A stretch of 64,000 nt of DNA from Candidatus Gottesmanbacteria bacterium GW2011_GWC1_43_10 (lineage in GTDB: Bacteria > Patescibacteriota > Microgenomatia > UBA10105). Where the stretch lies: contig LCEX01000001.1 in the NCBI GenBank assembly GCA_000995415.1, positions 60-64,059 on the forward strand, in the 5' to 3' direction. Of the stretch, positions 17,722-27,222 are shown one piece after another. Below the pieces are notes generated by a model. That model was not told the origin of the DNA. It did no database searches and saw only the letters and a program-made list of their open reading frames with translations. Positions within the stretch are counted from its first letter, which is position 1; each line of letters begins with the position of its first letter. The position numbers and the translations under genes are program-made.

Positions 17722-19343
17722 AGCCACGAATACTGATGCTGTTATTGCTGATCCTGATTTTTGGGAGTGGTTTACGGTTGTGGCAATTGGGTAAAATCCC
17801 TGAAGGTTTTTATTCTGATGAAGCACTTTATGGATACGAAGCCTATTCTCTTTCAAAAACCGGTAGAGATCAGTTCGGATACGAGTGGCCAATATCTGTT
17901 GCCGGGTTTGGCGATTATCGTCCCGCAGCATATATTTGGGCGACAGTGCCTTTCATCAAATACTTCGGACTAACCGAGTTTGCCACCCGTTTACCTTCGG
18001 CACTAGCTAGTATCATGACCTTAATTCTGGTTTTTTATTTTGTGTGGGAGGTGACCAAAAAACCAAAGATAGCCTTGTTTGCTACTTTGTTATTGGCAAT
18101 TTCACCTTTAAGTCTATATTTTGGGAGGATGGCGCATGAGACAAACCTGATGACACTATTTATAGTCGCCGGATGTGTGTGTCTTTGGAAGTGTAGACAG
18201 AAAAATGGTTATGCAGTACCGGCAATGCTATTTTTTGCAGCGGCTGTTTATACTTACCATAGCGCTCGCGTATTTGTGCCGTTGTTTTTGCTTCTGACCT
18301 ACTGGTTATTCAGAAAAACTATTTTTCAAGATAAGCGCATGGTGGTTTTGAGTTTACTCACCCTGTTTGTATTTTCTTTGCCACTAGTTAACGAGCTAAG
18401 AAACCCAGAGTCATGGTCGCGGATTCAAGGCGTGAGCTTGTGGACGGATCCGGGGCTGATCCCGCGGATAAATGAATGGCGCGGGCGAGTGAGTGGCTTT
18501 GGGGTGCCAGTAATCCTCAGTCGGATGTTAGTCAATAAAGTTACGATTTTTAGTCTAAGTTTCGTAAATAATTATCTATCGCATTTCTCACCAGATTTTT
18601 TGTTAAGTAAAGGTGATCCTAATGGCGTATACAATACACCAAAAAGCGGCATTTTATATTGGGTGGATCCACTTTTAATGTTGATTGGCGCTTTAGTTTT
18701 ATATAAACGCGAGCGGCGAACTTTTTGGTGGGTCGGCGGATCCATCTTGCTGGGTTTAATTCCCGATGCGTTGACTCGAGTAGCGCCGGCATCCCCGCGG
18801 ATTCATTTGGTACTGCCGTTCGTGGTTTTACTGTCGGGAATGGGGATGGCAACTTTAGGCAGTCTTAAACCCAAGGCGATTTATTATTTTGTTAGCATCT
18901 TATTAGTAATAAATACCTGGTGGTTTTGGTACCAATATTTGCTTGTTCGTCCCCTAGAGAGATCTGATGCCTGGCAGACGGGGACAAAAGAGATGGTCTT
19001 GACCGCGCAAAAACTGGCTCCGAGATTTGATCAAATTTGGATATCTAGGTCAGGGTGGGGTTGGATCCACCTAGTTTTTCATACTCGTTTGGATCCAGCG
19101 CTTTGGCAAAAGCAAATACGGATAGCGGAAAGAAACGATATGGGTTTTTGGTGGGTAAGAGATGTGGGAAAATATCACCTTGAATGGTTGCCAAAACCAC
19201 TAAACACATCTTTGCACACTTTGTATATTGCCACACCCAGCGAATTTGCCAGCGGAATAGTTCCAATGGCCAAAATCCAAGACCCGCTCCGCCATACAGA
19301 TATTTATTGGTTGGTAGACAGCGAGAATCTAGCAGTAGATTGA
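17718..19343 (+). CDS. ArnT/PMT-like GT-C glycosyltransferase, tandem paralog 3
   Basis: YSDEALYGYEAYSLSKTGRDQFGYEWPISVAGFGDYRPA...RLPSALASIMTLILVFYFV. 4-nt ATGA overlap with paralog 2. Confidence 0.8.
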   Translation: MKPRILMLLLLILIFGSGLRLWQLGKIPEGFYSDEALYGYEAYSLSKTGRDQFGYEWPISVAGFGDYRPAAYIWATVPFIKYFGLTEFATRLPSALASIMTLILVFYFVWEVTKKPKIALFATLLLAISPLSLYFGRMAHETNLMTLFIVAGCVCLWKCRQKNGYAVPAMLFFAAAVYTYHSARVFVPLFLLLTYWLFRKTIFQDKRMVVLSLLTLFVFSLPLVNELRNPESWSRIQGVSLWTDPGLIPRINEWRGRVSGFGVPVILSRMLVNKVTIFSLSFVNNYLSHFSPDFLLSKGDPNGVYNTPKSGILYWVDPLLMLIGALVLYKRERRTFWWVGGSILLGLIPDALTRVAPASPRIHLVLPFVVLLSGMGMATLGSLKPKAIYYFVSILLVINTWWFWYQYLLVRPLERSDAWQTGTKEMVLTAQKLAPRFDQIWISRSGWGWIHLVFHTRLDPALWQKQIRIAERNDMGFWWVRDVGKYHLEWLPKPLNTSLHTLYIATPSEFASGIVPMAKIQDPLRHTDIYWLVDSENLAVD

Positions 19344-19368
19344 TTCTGGTATATGATAGAATTAGACA

Positions 19369-21054
19369 ATGAAACTGGTAAATCTGATTTTGGTATTTGT
19401 TTTGTTGTTGGCTGCAGGACTGCGCCTTTATAAACTCGATACTCACCCAGTTTCTGCATACGGTGACGAAATTTCATTTGCCTGGAATGCGTGGAGTGTT
19501 CTAAAAACCGGAGCAGATGAATACGGAATTAGACTGCCGCTGCAGTTTAAGGCCTTCGATGACTACAAAGCGCCAATCCCCGTGTACCTACTTGTTCCCA
19601 TGTTTGCCGCGTTTGGAATGAACATGTGGAGTTTACGTGTACCAGTGGCAATCGCGGGGACTTTAACAGTTTGGGTAACTTATTTACTCGTTAGGGAACT
19701 TTTAAAAGTAAATAAGTTGCCTCTTAACTATAATCCAAAACTAAAATCAGTTAAAATTGAACAAAATTTGTTTTGGTTACCGATAATAAGCGCCTTATTA
19801 CTAGCCATTTCTCCTTGGCATATCCACTTATCCCGCGGATATTTTGAGGCCACACTAGCTTTATTGTCCTTCATATTGGGAATTTATTTTTATTTGAAGG
19901 GTCTAACCCAGAGTCAGTTTTTTTATGCTAGTGCCGTAAGTTTTGCACTTTCGCTTTATACCTACTTCACGCCCCGGTTACTACTACTGATTTTTCTACC
20001 GTTCCTGTATGTCTATTTCCGAAAACACATGGATAAAGATTCCTATAAACAATTTATCTTAGCGGCAGTTTTATTTGGGGTGATATCTTTACCTTTAGTA
20101 AAATTGGCCATTTTTGACAATGGTGGCAACCGATTGACCTGGTTTTTGAAACAAAGATTGTTGACAGCCTCAGATCAGGCCACTAGAGAACTCGCTACCG
20201 CCGGTGGCCCTCTTATTATCAAGCGCTTATTGCATAATCGATATTCCATCGTAGCTTCGAAGATAGGTAACGATTATTTAGAGCATTTTTCCTTCAATTT
20301 TTGGTATATCTATGGAGACAATAGTCTGCGTTACTTTTTGGGGAATATGGGCATGTTCTATCTGGCCGAAATGCCGTTTTTACTTATCGGTCTATATATG
20401 TTACTTCGGTATCAGCCAAGACTAGCTGGTTTTATTATCGGTTGGTTGTTGCTCGCGCCGATTCCTACTGCGCTTGTTGGCAGGTCATTTGCGGTCAGAA
20501 GCATAGCGATGCTACCGGCGCCATTTATGATCGTGGGTTATGGCATACTCTCGTTAATAGATTATGTCAAAAGTAAATACCCAAGACAGCTTAAATTAAG
20601 TTTGTTGGTTATAGTCGGATTGTTTATATTTAGCCTAGCAAACTATGTATTGCGTTATCATTTGGACTACATTCGTTACGCCGCTACCTGGTGGGGATGG
20701 GAAAACAAAGCCGCCATCGATTATGCGAGAGCTCGTGAAGCCGACTATGACCAAATTTTCCTGTCTGATTTTTATAGCGGAATGCCGCTCGCCTTGGCTT
20801 TTTATACCCAAGCTGACCCGTGGGTTTACCGGCAAGCTCTGGATCACCGTTTAACCGTAGCTGATGGGAAACACGTGATGAGATTGGGTAAATACTATAT
20901 CGGTTCGTTGGATTTGGATGAAGCCAGACTTAAAGCCAAATTTATACCACCGAAGACTTTGTATATAGCTCGACCGGAAGAAGCAGATAGTCCGGAAACG
21001 ATCAATGCCCCTGATGACGGCAGATTGATATTCAAAGTTTATCATACAGAATAA
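19369..21054 (+). CDS. ArnT/PMT-like GT-C glycosyltransferase, tandem paralog 4 (most diverged)
   Basis: YGDEISFAWNAWSVLKTGADEYGIRLPLQFKAFDDYKAP...RVPVAIAGTLTVWVTYLLV...ISPWHIHLSRG. Confidence 0.8.
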   Translation: MKLVNLILVFVLLLAAGLRLYKLDTHPVSAYGDEISFAWNAWSVLKTGADEYGIRLPLQFKAFDDYKAPIPVYLLVPMFAAFGMNMWSLRVPVAIAGTLTVWVTYLLVRELLKVNKLPLNYNPKLKSVKIEQNLFWLPIISALLLAISPWHIHLSRGYFEATLALLSFILGIYFYLKGLTQSQFFYASAVSFALSLYTYFTPRLLLLIFLPFLYVYFRKHMDKDSYKQFILAAVLFGVISLPLVKLAIFDNGGNRLTWFLKQRLLTASDQATRELATAGGPLIIKRLLHNRYSIVASKIGNDYLEHFSFNFWYIYGDNSLRYFLGNMGMFYLAEMPFLLIGLYMLLRYQPRLAGFIIGWLLLAPIPTALVGRSFAVRSIAMLPAPFMIVGYGILSLIDYVKSKYPRQLKLSLLVIVGLFIFSLANYVLRYHLDYIRYAATWWGWENKAAIDYARAREADYDQIFLSDFYSGMPLALAFYTQADPWVYRQALDHRLTVADGKHVMRLGKYYIGSLDLDEARLKAKFIPPKTLYIARPEEADSPETINAPDDGRLIFKVYHTE

Positions 21055-21055
21055 T

Positions 21056-23011
21056 GTGCATATGTGGGAATTTGTGTACTACAGCCTAATTTTCGGATTG
21101 TTTGTTTGTGGATTTTTTTTGCTTCCGGGTTTGACACTTTTAAATTGGGCGAATATAAAACAGATTGCAAACAGAACAAAAATCAGTTGCGGTTTGATCC
21201 TGGGTGTAATCGGGTTTTTGTGGCTGGTTTTAATACTAAGAAGTTTGGGTTTGTCATTTAGACTGATGTGGATTTATGCTGGCGTTGGCGTTTGGTTTAG
21301 CTGGAAGCGTTTGATTCAAAGAAAACTTCAATTGACACACTTCAAGTTAAATATTAAAAAATTTTTTTATTTGCTGGTTTTAACAACTTTAGTTTTGATC
21401 CTCTCCATTTTGCATTTGACCGGCGGAGTGGGATCAGACGGGATGCATCTGGCGGCAGCTCGGGACGGCCTTTGGCGGGTAGCTGTGGTGGGTGAATTAA
21501 TTCATCACTTTCCGCCACAAATTCCGGGTTTCCCTCCGCAACTACTCAAAAATTATCACTTCTTTTATGATTTGTTGGTGGCAAGCACACAATTTTTGAC
21601 TTCAATTCCTACTCTAACTTTATATTTTAAGCTCTTTACTGTATTCTCCGCCGCGCTGTTTGTGCTTTTGATTTATGAAATCCTAGCACTTTTCGTAAAC
21701 AAAAGCGGGTGGGTTTTATACGGTACAGTTCTGACAGTGCTTACCGGGAATTTATCTTACCTGTTACATTTTTTTTCTGCGCAATACAGCTTTCTTTATA
21801 AAGCCAATATCTTTATGTCAGATCAACCTTTTGACCAAGTACATAACCCGTTTAATCTGTTTGCTTACTCTTTGGTGTTACTTAGTATTTACTTACTTTT
21901 TGTCTGGGAAAGAAACTCTAGTCCCAAAACGTTTTTACTTCTGGCATTGGTTATTGGGTTACTTCCCGGGATCAAAATCTATGCTGGAGTATTGGTCTTG
22001 GGCGCATATATAGGTATGGTGGCTTATAAAATTTTTTGGCAAAAATACTTTCGTTTTTATTTACTACTACCCTTTATTTTTGTCTTACCAGTATTAAATA
22101 GCATTCGGGGCAGTGGGTTTTCGATTTTGGTATTTAACCCGGGTTGGTTACTAACTAAAATGATCGAAGATCGGGATCGAATTTATTGGCCCGAGATGGC
22201 ACTAAAATTGCAGTACTATACCCAAACTGGCAACATATTTCGTATATTACAGATCAGAATTACCCAATTATTAGTATATTTTTTAGGTAATTTAAACGTC
22301 CGAGTATTGGGATTGATAGTACTTTTTAGACGGGCTTGGTATAAAGACCAGACCGGAACGAAGGTATTTATTTTACTCATAGCTGTTTTTGCGTTTGGAT
22401 TGCCGCTGTTTTTTAGTCAAAATCGGGCTAGTTATGACAGTATTCAATTTACTCCATACGGTTTGCTGCTAATCAGTTTGTTGTTGGCTGTGGTTTTTAC
22501 AAGTTGGGTCTTGAGGTTAAAGCAAAATCTGCGAACTGCAGTTGGGTGGTTGGGAGGTGGGTTATTGCTAGCTTTAGCCATCCCGACAAATATTTTTGTT
22601 TTAAATCAAAATTTGTTGGCTACACATTACCAGGTAAATAAGGACGAAGTAGCTGCTTTAGCCTATCTATCAAAAAATATGCGTCCGGATGAAATAGTTT
22701 TAACAGACCTGGATCAGGATAAACAAATGTATATGTATGTCGCGGCCCTGCTTGAACGGCGGGTGTTTTTGGCCGGGATAGCATTAAACGAACAGTTGGG
22801 CATAAACTCTGACCCAAGACGCAAGGAAATAAACCAATTCTTTGCAAACCACGATGAAAACCTCGATCAGAAACGGAATTTTTTGCACAGTAATACCATT
22901 GCCTACATTTATATATCTGCCTCAGGGTTGACATATCGGGACTTACTAAATGATCTGGGGTTACAAACGGTTTACCAAAATCAGAAGGTCTATATCTATA
23001 AAGTTCCATGA
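21056..23011 (+). CDS. polytopic integral membrane protein of unknown family interrupting the paralog array
   Basis: More than 14 predicted TM segments and no DE/GYNAYS motif. Starts 2 nt after paralog 4 and overlaps paralog 5 by 4 nt, so it is co-transcribed. Confidence 0.6.
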   Translation: MHMWEFVYYSLIFGLFVCGFFLLPGLTLLNWANIKQIANRTKISCGLILGVIGFLWLVLILRSLGLSFRLMWIYAGVGVWFSWKRLIQRKLQLTHFKLNIKKFFYLLVLTTLVLILSILHLTGGVGSDGMHLAAARDGLWRVAVVGELIHHFPPQIPGFPPQLLKNYHFFYDLLVASTQFLTSIPTLTLYFKLFTVFSAALFVLLIYEILALFVNKSGWVLYGTVLTVLTGNLSYLLHFFSAQYSFLYKANIFMSDQPFDQVHNPFNLFAYSLVLLSIYLLFVWERNSSPKTFLLLALVIGLLPGIKIYAGVLVLGAYIGMVAYKIFWQKYFRFYLLLPFIFVLPVLNSIRGSGFSILVFNPGWLLTKMIEDRDRIYWPEMALKLQYYTQTGNIFRILQIRITQLLVYFLGNLNVRVLGLIVLFRRAWYKDQTGTKVFILLIAVFAFGLPLFFSQNRASYDSIQFTPYGLLLISLLLAVVFTSWVLRLKQNLRTAVGWLGGGLLLALAIPTNIFVLNQNLLATHYQVNKDEVAALAYLSKNMRPDEIVLTDLDQDKQMYMYVAALLERRVFLAGIALNEQLGINSDPRRKEINQFFANHDENLDQKRNFLHSNTIAYIYISASGLTYRDLLNDLGLQTVYQNQKVYIYKVP

Positions 23012-24612
23012 GTAAATATAAAGTTATTCTAGTGTTGGTGATAGTCGTCGGGGCGTTTTTGCGGTTGTATCGTCTGGGCCAAAATCCGCCGGCCCTCTAT
23101 TGGGATGAAGCATCACTTGGGTATAACGCCTTTGCGATCCTTAAAACCGGGCACGACGAACACGGCGAAAAACTGCCGGTAGCGCGATTTATCGCCTTTG
23201 GTGACTATAAACCTCCGGGTTACATTTATGCTACGGTGCCATTCTTAGCCGTGTTTGGCGTAAATGAATTTGCCATCAGATTGCCTTCTGCCGTAGCTGG
23301 CATCTTGATGATCGGATTAACTTATATCTTAGCTTACGCCTTGACGCATGATGAACGGATAGGCCTGGCGGCAGCGGCTGTACTTGCCATTTCACCCTGG
23401 GGACTTCAGTTGTCTCGGGTTGCGTTTGAAGCGCATTTAGCCGCCCTGTTTAACTTAGTAGCAATTGTGATATTTTTAAAATCTCTTAAAGTACGTTGGT
23501 ATTTACCACTTGCCGTGTTTTTCTTCGGGCTTTCTTTTTATACGTTTAATGCAAATCGGATTATAGCTCCATTATTGTTAGGATTGATGTTAGTCGTTTA
23601 CATCAAAGAATTATGGCAAAGCAAGCTTTGGTTACTGGTTTCGGCCGTCGTCGGTTTGATCATGATCTGGCCAAGTGTTGGATATCTTGAGACTCGGGAA
23701 AGCCGGCTGAGATTTCAGGAAGTGTCAATTTTTACAAGTTTGGACGTAGTAAAAAAATCCAACGACCGAATAGCTCGGAGTGGAAATACGTGGTGGGCTA
23801 AACTGCTGTTTAATCGCAGAATATATTTTGCCGAAGAATTTTTGATTCATTATCTGGACAATTTCAGGGGTGACTTTTTGTTTGTCGTGGGTGACCGGAA
23901 TCCCAGACTAGCGACCCAAGATTTGGGTGAGCTCTATCCCTACGAGTTACCGCTGCTGCTTGCCGGAATTTATTTTTTGTTAAAACGGCCCAGTCGAGAA
24001 ACAGCATTGTTTTGGGGATGGATGTTGATTGCGCCTATTCCTGCCGGCATGGCTCGTGAAACACCGCACATGCTGCGGATTGCTTCCATTATCCCCACGT
24101 GGCAGATTTTAGTGGGAATCGGAGTGGTACAAGGAATTCTTTGGCTCAAAGAGCAGAAAGCGTATCTAAAATGGGCAGTGGGAGTAGGATATTCGATTTT
24201 GATTTTAGGTTGTTTAAGTTACTACTTTCACAACTATTGGATTCACTATCCGCGGGATTGGAGTAGCGAGTGGCAGTACGGATACAAACAATTGGTAGAA
24301 AAAGTAAATAGGCTAGAGCCAAATTACGATCGCATATACATCACCAACGATTTGGGCCGGCCATATATCTACTTTCTACTTTATAATCAAATAGACCCGC
24401 TGGTTTACATTGCAGAAAGAAAGGCCGAGCGGGATTGGTATGGATTTTGGACTGTTTTTGGATTTGGTAAATATGATTTTAGTGGGAGTCAAAAAGAAAC
24501 AGGACGAGTTTTGGTAGTGGGTGGAAAAGACACCTTTGTCCATTCTGGTAAGAAATTGGATACAGTTATGGCGCCTGACGGAAGTGCAATTTTTGATATA
24601 GGAGAACCATAA
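23008..24612 (+). CDS. ArnT/PMT-like GT-C glycosyltransferase, tandem paralog 5
   Basis: YWDEASLGYNAFAILKTGHDEHGEKLPVARFIAFGDYKPP...RLPSAVAGILMIGLTYILA...ISPWGLQLSR...PYIYFLLYNQIDPLVY. Confidence 0.8.
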   Translation: MSKYKVILVLVIVVGAFLRLYRLGQNPPALYWDEASLGYNAFAILKTGHDEHGEKLPVARFIAFGDYKPPGYIYATVPFLAVFGVNEFAIRLPSAVAGILMIGLTYILAYALTHDERIGLAAAAVLAISPWGLQLSRVAFEAHLAALFNLVAIVIFLKSLKVRWYLPLAVFFFGLSFYTFNANRIIAPLLLGLMLVVYIKELWQSKLWLLVSAVVGLIMIWPSVGYLETRESRLRFQEVSIFTSLDVVKKSNDRIARSGNTWWAKLLFNRRIYFAEEFLIHYLDNFRGDFLFVVGDRNPRLATQDLGELYPYELPLLLAGIYFLLKRPSRETALFWGWMLIAPIPAGMARETPHMLRIASIIPTWQILVGIGVVQGILWLKEQKAYLKWAVGVGYSILILGCLSYYFHNYWIHYPRDWSSEWQYGYKQLVEKVNRLEPNYDRIYITNDLGRPYIYFLLYNQIDPLVYIAERKAERDWYGFWTVFGFGKYDFSGSQKETGRVLVVGGKDTFVHSGKKLDTVMAPDGSAIFDIGEP

Positions 24613-24621
24613 AAATACAAA

Positions 24622-26259
24622 ATGCAAAAATCAAAAATCAAAATGACGATTCAAAATTCAAAAATTTATTTAGTTTTAATTTTATTTTTGGCAGCCTTTT
24701 TAAGGTTTTATCAACTGGGAATTAATCCTCCATCTTTGGATTGGGATGAGGTATCGCTCGGTTACAATGCGTATTCTCTTTTGAAAACTGGGAAAGATGA
24801 ATTTGGGCGGGCGTGGCCCATATCTATCCGATCTTTTGAGGACTACAAGCCGGCAGTTTATACATACTTGACTATCCCGGCAGTAGCTATTTTTGGGTTA
24901 AACGAATTTGCAGTGCGCTTACCCGGTGCAATTTTGGGTACGCTCACAGTTTTGGTGACATATTTTTTGGTGCGGGAACTGTTCAATCAAAAGATGGGTT
25001 TTGTGGTCACTTTATTGTTGGCCATTTCTCCCTGGCATTTGCAGTTTTCGCGAGTGGCTTTTGAAGCAAGCGCCGCGCTGTTTTTCGTCGTAACCGGCTG
25101 CTGGCTATTTCTCAAAGGTACTAACCGCGGAAAATGGTTGATCTTATCTGTTGTATTCTTGGTCTTATCATTTTATACATATCATAGTCCGCGACTCGTA
25201 GTGCCACTAATTTTATTGGGTTGGGGGGTATACTTTAGACACAAACTGTGGCAGGAGCGCAGGTATGTCGGATTGGCTTGTGGTCTAGGTTTATTCCTTC
25301 TACTACCATTTTTTCAGGAAGCATACGCGGTAGGACGGGCCAGATTTACTTCGGTGACGGTGATGAATTCGGCCGGCAGACTTGATAGCGCGATTAGCCG
25401 AACTGAATATGACCTGTCACAAGGCGATACTCTGGGTGCCTTATTGCACAACCGGCGAATTGTTTACGCTTTGGCTATCCTAAAAGGTTATTTAGATCAT
25501 TTTAATCTGGATTTTTTGTTTTTCACCGGAGACAGCGCAAATAGGCACCATGCACAAGATATGGGAATGTTATATTTTTGGGAAGCGCCTTTTGTGATTT
25601 GGGGAATGTGGCAACTACTCAAGAAACGGCAGGCATTTCCAGTCTGGTGGTGGTACCTGATGGCGCCTTCCGCCGCAGCTATCACTACTGGCACGCCACA
25701 TGCAGTCAGGGCACTAATATACTTGCCCACTTACCAAATATTTACAGCTCTGGGCCTAATTATGTCTTACCAATTCTTCAAAGATAAATTGTGGTCTAGG
25801 AAAAAATTACTTAATTTCGCCAAAGCCGCGCTGTTAGTCATAGTTTTCATAAATGTTTTCTATTATTTGCAAATGTATTATATTCATACCCCAGTTGAAG
25901 TATCTCGAGACTGGCAATATGGCAGTAAGCAGGCAGTTACCGAAATAGCAGCCTGGGATAGTCAAGTCGAAAAAATCATCATGACGTATAGTTATGACCA
26001 ACCGCATACATTTGCGTTGTTCTATATGGCTATTGATCCCAGCTGGTATCAACAACAAGTAGCGGGGAAAGAAGTCAAGCGAGATGTACGCAGTTTTGGT
26101 AAATACGAATTCCGAAATATAGATTGGGAAAAAGATGAAAAATTGCATAACGTTCTCCTCATCGGAACGGGAAATGAGATTCCGGCCGCTGCCATCGGGC
26201 TAGTCAAAGAGATCAAATTTTTGGATGGTACAATTGCCTTTAGAATCGTAAAAAGATAA
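24622..26259 (+). CDS. ArnT/PMT-like GT-C glycosyltransferase, tandem paralog 6
   Basis: DWDEVSLGYNAYSLLKTGKDEFGRAWPISIRSFEDYKPA...RLPGAILGTLTVLVTYFLV...ISPWHLQFSR. Confidence 0.8.
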   Translation: MQKSKIKMTIQNSKIYLVLILFLAAFLRFYQLGINPPSLDWDEVSLGYNAYSLLKTGKDEFGRAWPISIRSFEDYKPAVYTYLTIPAVAIFGLNEFAVRLPGAILGTLTVLVTYFLVRELFNQKMGFVVTLLLAISPWHLQFSRVAFEASAALFFVVTGCWLFLKGTNRGKWLILSVVFLVLSFYTYHSPRLVVPLILLGWGVYFRHKLWQERRYVGLACGLGLFLLLPFFQEAYAVGRARFTSVTVMNSAGRLDSAISRTEYDLSQGDTLGALLHNRRIVYALAILKGYLDHFNLDFLFFTGDSANRHHAQDMGMLYFWEAPFVIWGMWQLLKKRQAFPVWWWYLMAPSAAAITTGTPHAVRALIYLPTYQIFTALGLIMSYQFFKDKLWSRKKLLNFAKAALLVIVFINVFYYLQMYYIHTPVEVSRDWQYGSKQAVTEIAAWDSQVEKIIMTYSYDQPHTFALFYMAIDPSWYQQQVAGKEVKRDVRSFGKYEFRNIDWEKDEKLHNVLLIGTGNEIPAAAIGLVKEIKFLDGTIAFRIVKR

Positions 26260-26298
26260 AATATACTCAAAATAAAACACGTTGGATACAAAAAAGAT

Positions 26299-27222
26299 AT
26301 GAAAATTTTGGTAACTGGCGGAGCGGGATTTATTGGTTCACATATTGTTGATGCCTACATTAATTTAGGCCATGAAGTGATCGTCATTGACAATCTGTCA
26401 ACCGGACAGAAACGATTTCTTAATCCCAAAGCTATATTTTATCAGGTAGACATTCGGGAACGGGCGCAAGTAGAGGAAATCTTTGCCACACATCAACCCG
26501 GAGTTTTAAATCACCATGCGGCGCAAATGGATGTGCGTAAATCTGTAGCTGACCCCATCTTTGATGCTGAAGTAAACATTTTAGGATTGATTCATCTCAT
26601 GGAAATAGGTCGGACTACCGGTTTAAAACAGGTCATTTTTGCTTCATCCGGAGGCACGGTTTACGGAGAAGCCAAACAAATACCGACTCCCGAATCGGCG
26701 CCAACCTTGCCTATATCCCCATATGGGATATCCAAATTAGCGAGTGAAAATTATCTACATTTTTACCGGGCAATTTATGGCATCAAGTTTGCGGCTTTAA
26801 GGTATGGCAACGTCTACGGGCCCAGGCAAAATCCTCATGGTGAAGCCGGGGTGGTCGCGATATTTTGTAAAAAGCTCCTAAAGCAGGAACAGCCGGTAAT
26901 AAATGGAGATGGGGAACAAACACGCGATTTTGTTTACGTCAAAGATGTGGTTGAGGCCAATGTGCTTGCCTTAAATCTAAAGCAACCATTGATCGTCAAT
27001 ATTGGAACTGGCACCGCCACCTCGGTGAATACAGTTTTTGATATCTTAGGTAGGTTGATGCAAAGCACTTTGCCCAAAAAATATGGTCCGGTTAAGCCCG
27101 GTGAACAAAGAACTAGTGTTTTAGAGACAAGTCTAGCTAAGGAAACTTTAAGCTGGAGCCCCAAATTTACGCTTGAACGAGGTTTAAGTGAAACCATCGC
27201 ATTTTTCGAAAATGAAAGTTGA
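26299..27222 (+). CDS. NAD-dependent sugar-nucleotide epimerase/dehydratase (GalE-like UDP-hexose 4-epimerase family)
   Basis: MKILVTGGAGFIGSH Rossmann start. SDR YxxxK region PYGISKLASENY. About 307 aa, typical of GalE. Confidence 0.85.
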   Translation: MKILVTGGAGFIGSHIVDAYINLGHEVIVIDNLSTGQKRFLNPKAIFYQVDIRERAQVEEIFATHQPGVLNHHAAQMDVRKSVADPIFDAEVNILGLIHLMEIGRTTGLKQVIFASSGGTVYGEAKQIPTPESAPTLPISPYGISKLASENYLHFYRAIYGIKFAALRYGNVYGPRQNPHGEAGVVAIFCKKLLKQEQPVINGDGEQTRDFVYVKDVVEANVLALNLKQPLIVNIGTGTATSVNTVFDILGRLMQSTLPKKYGPVKPGEQRTSVLETSLAKETLSWSPKFTLERGLSETIAFFENES

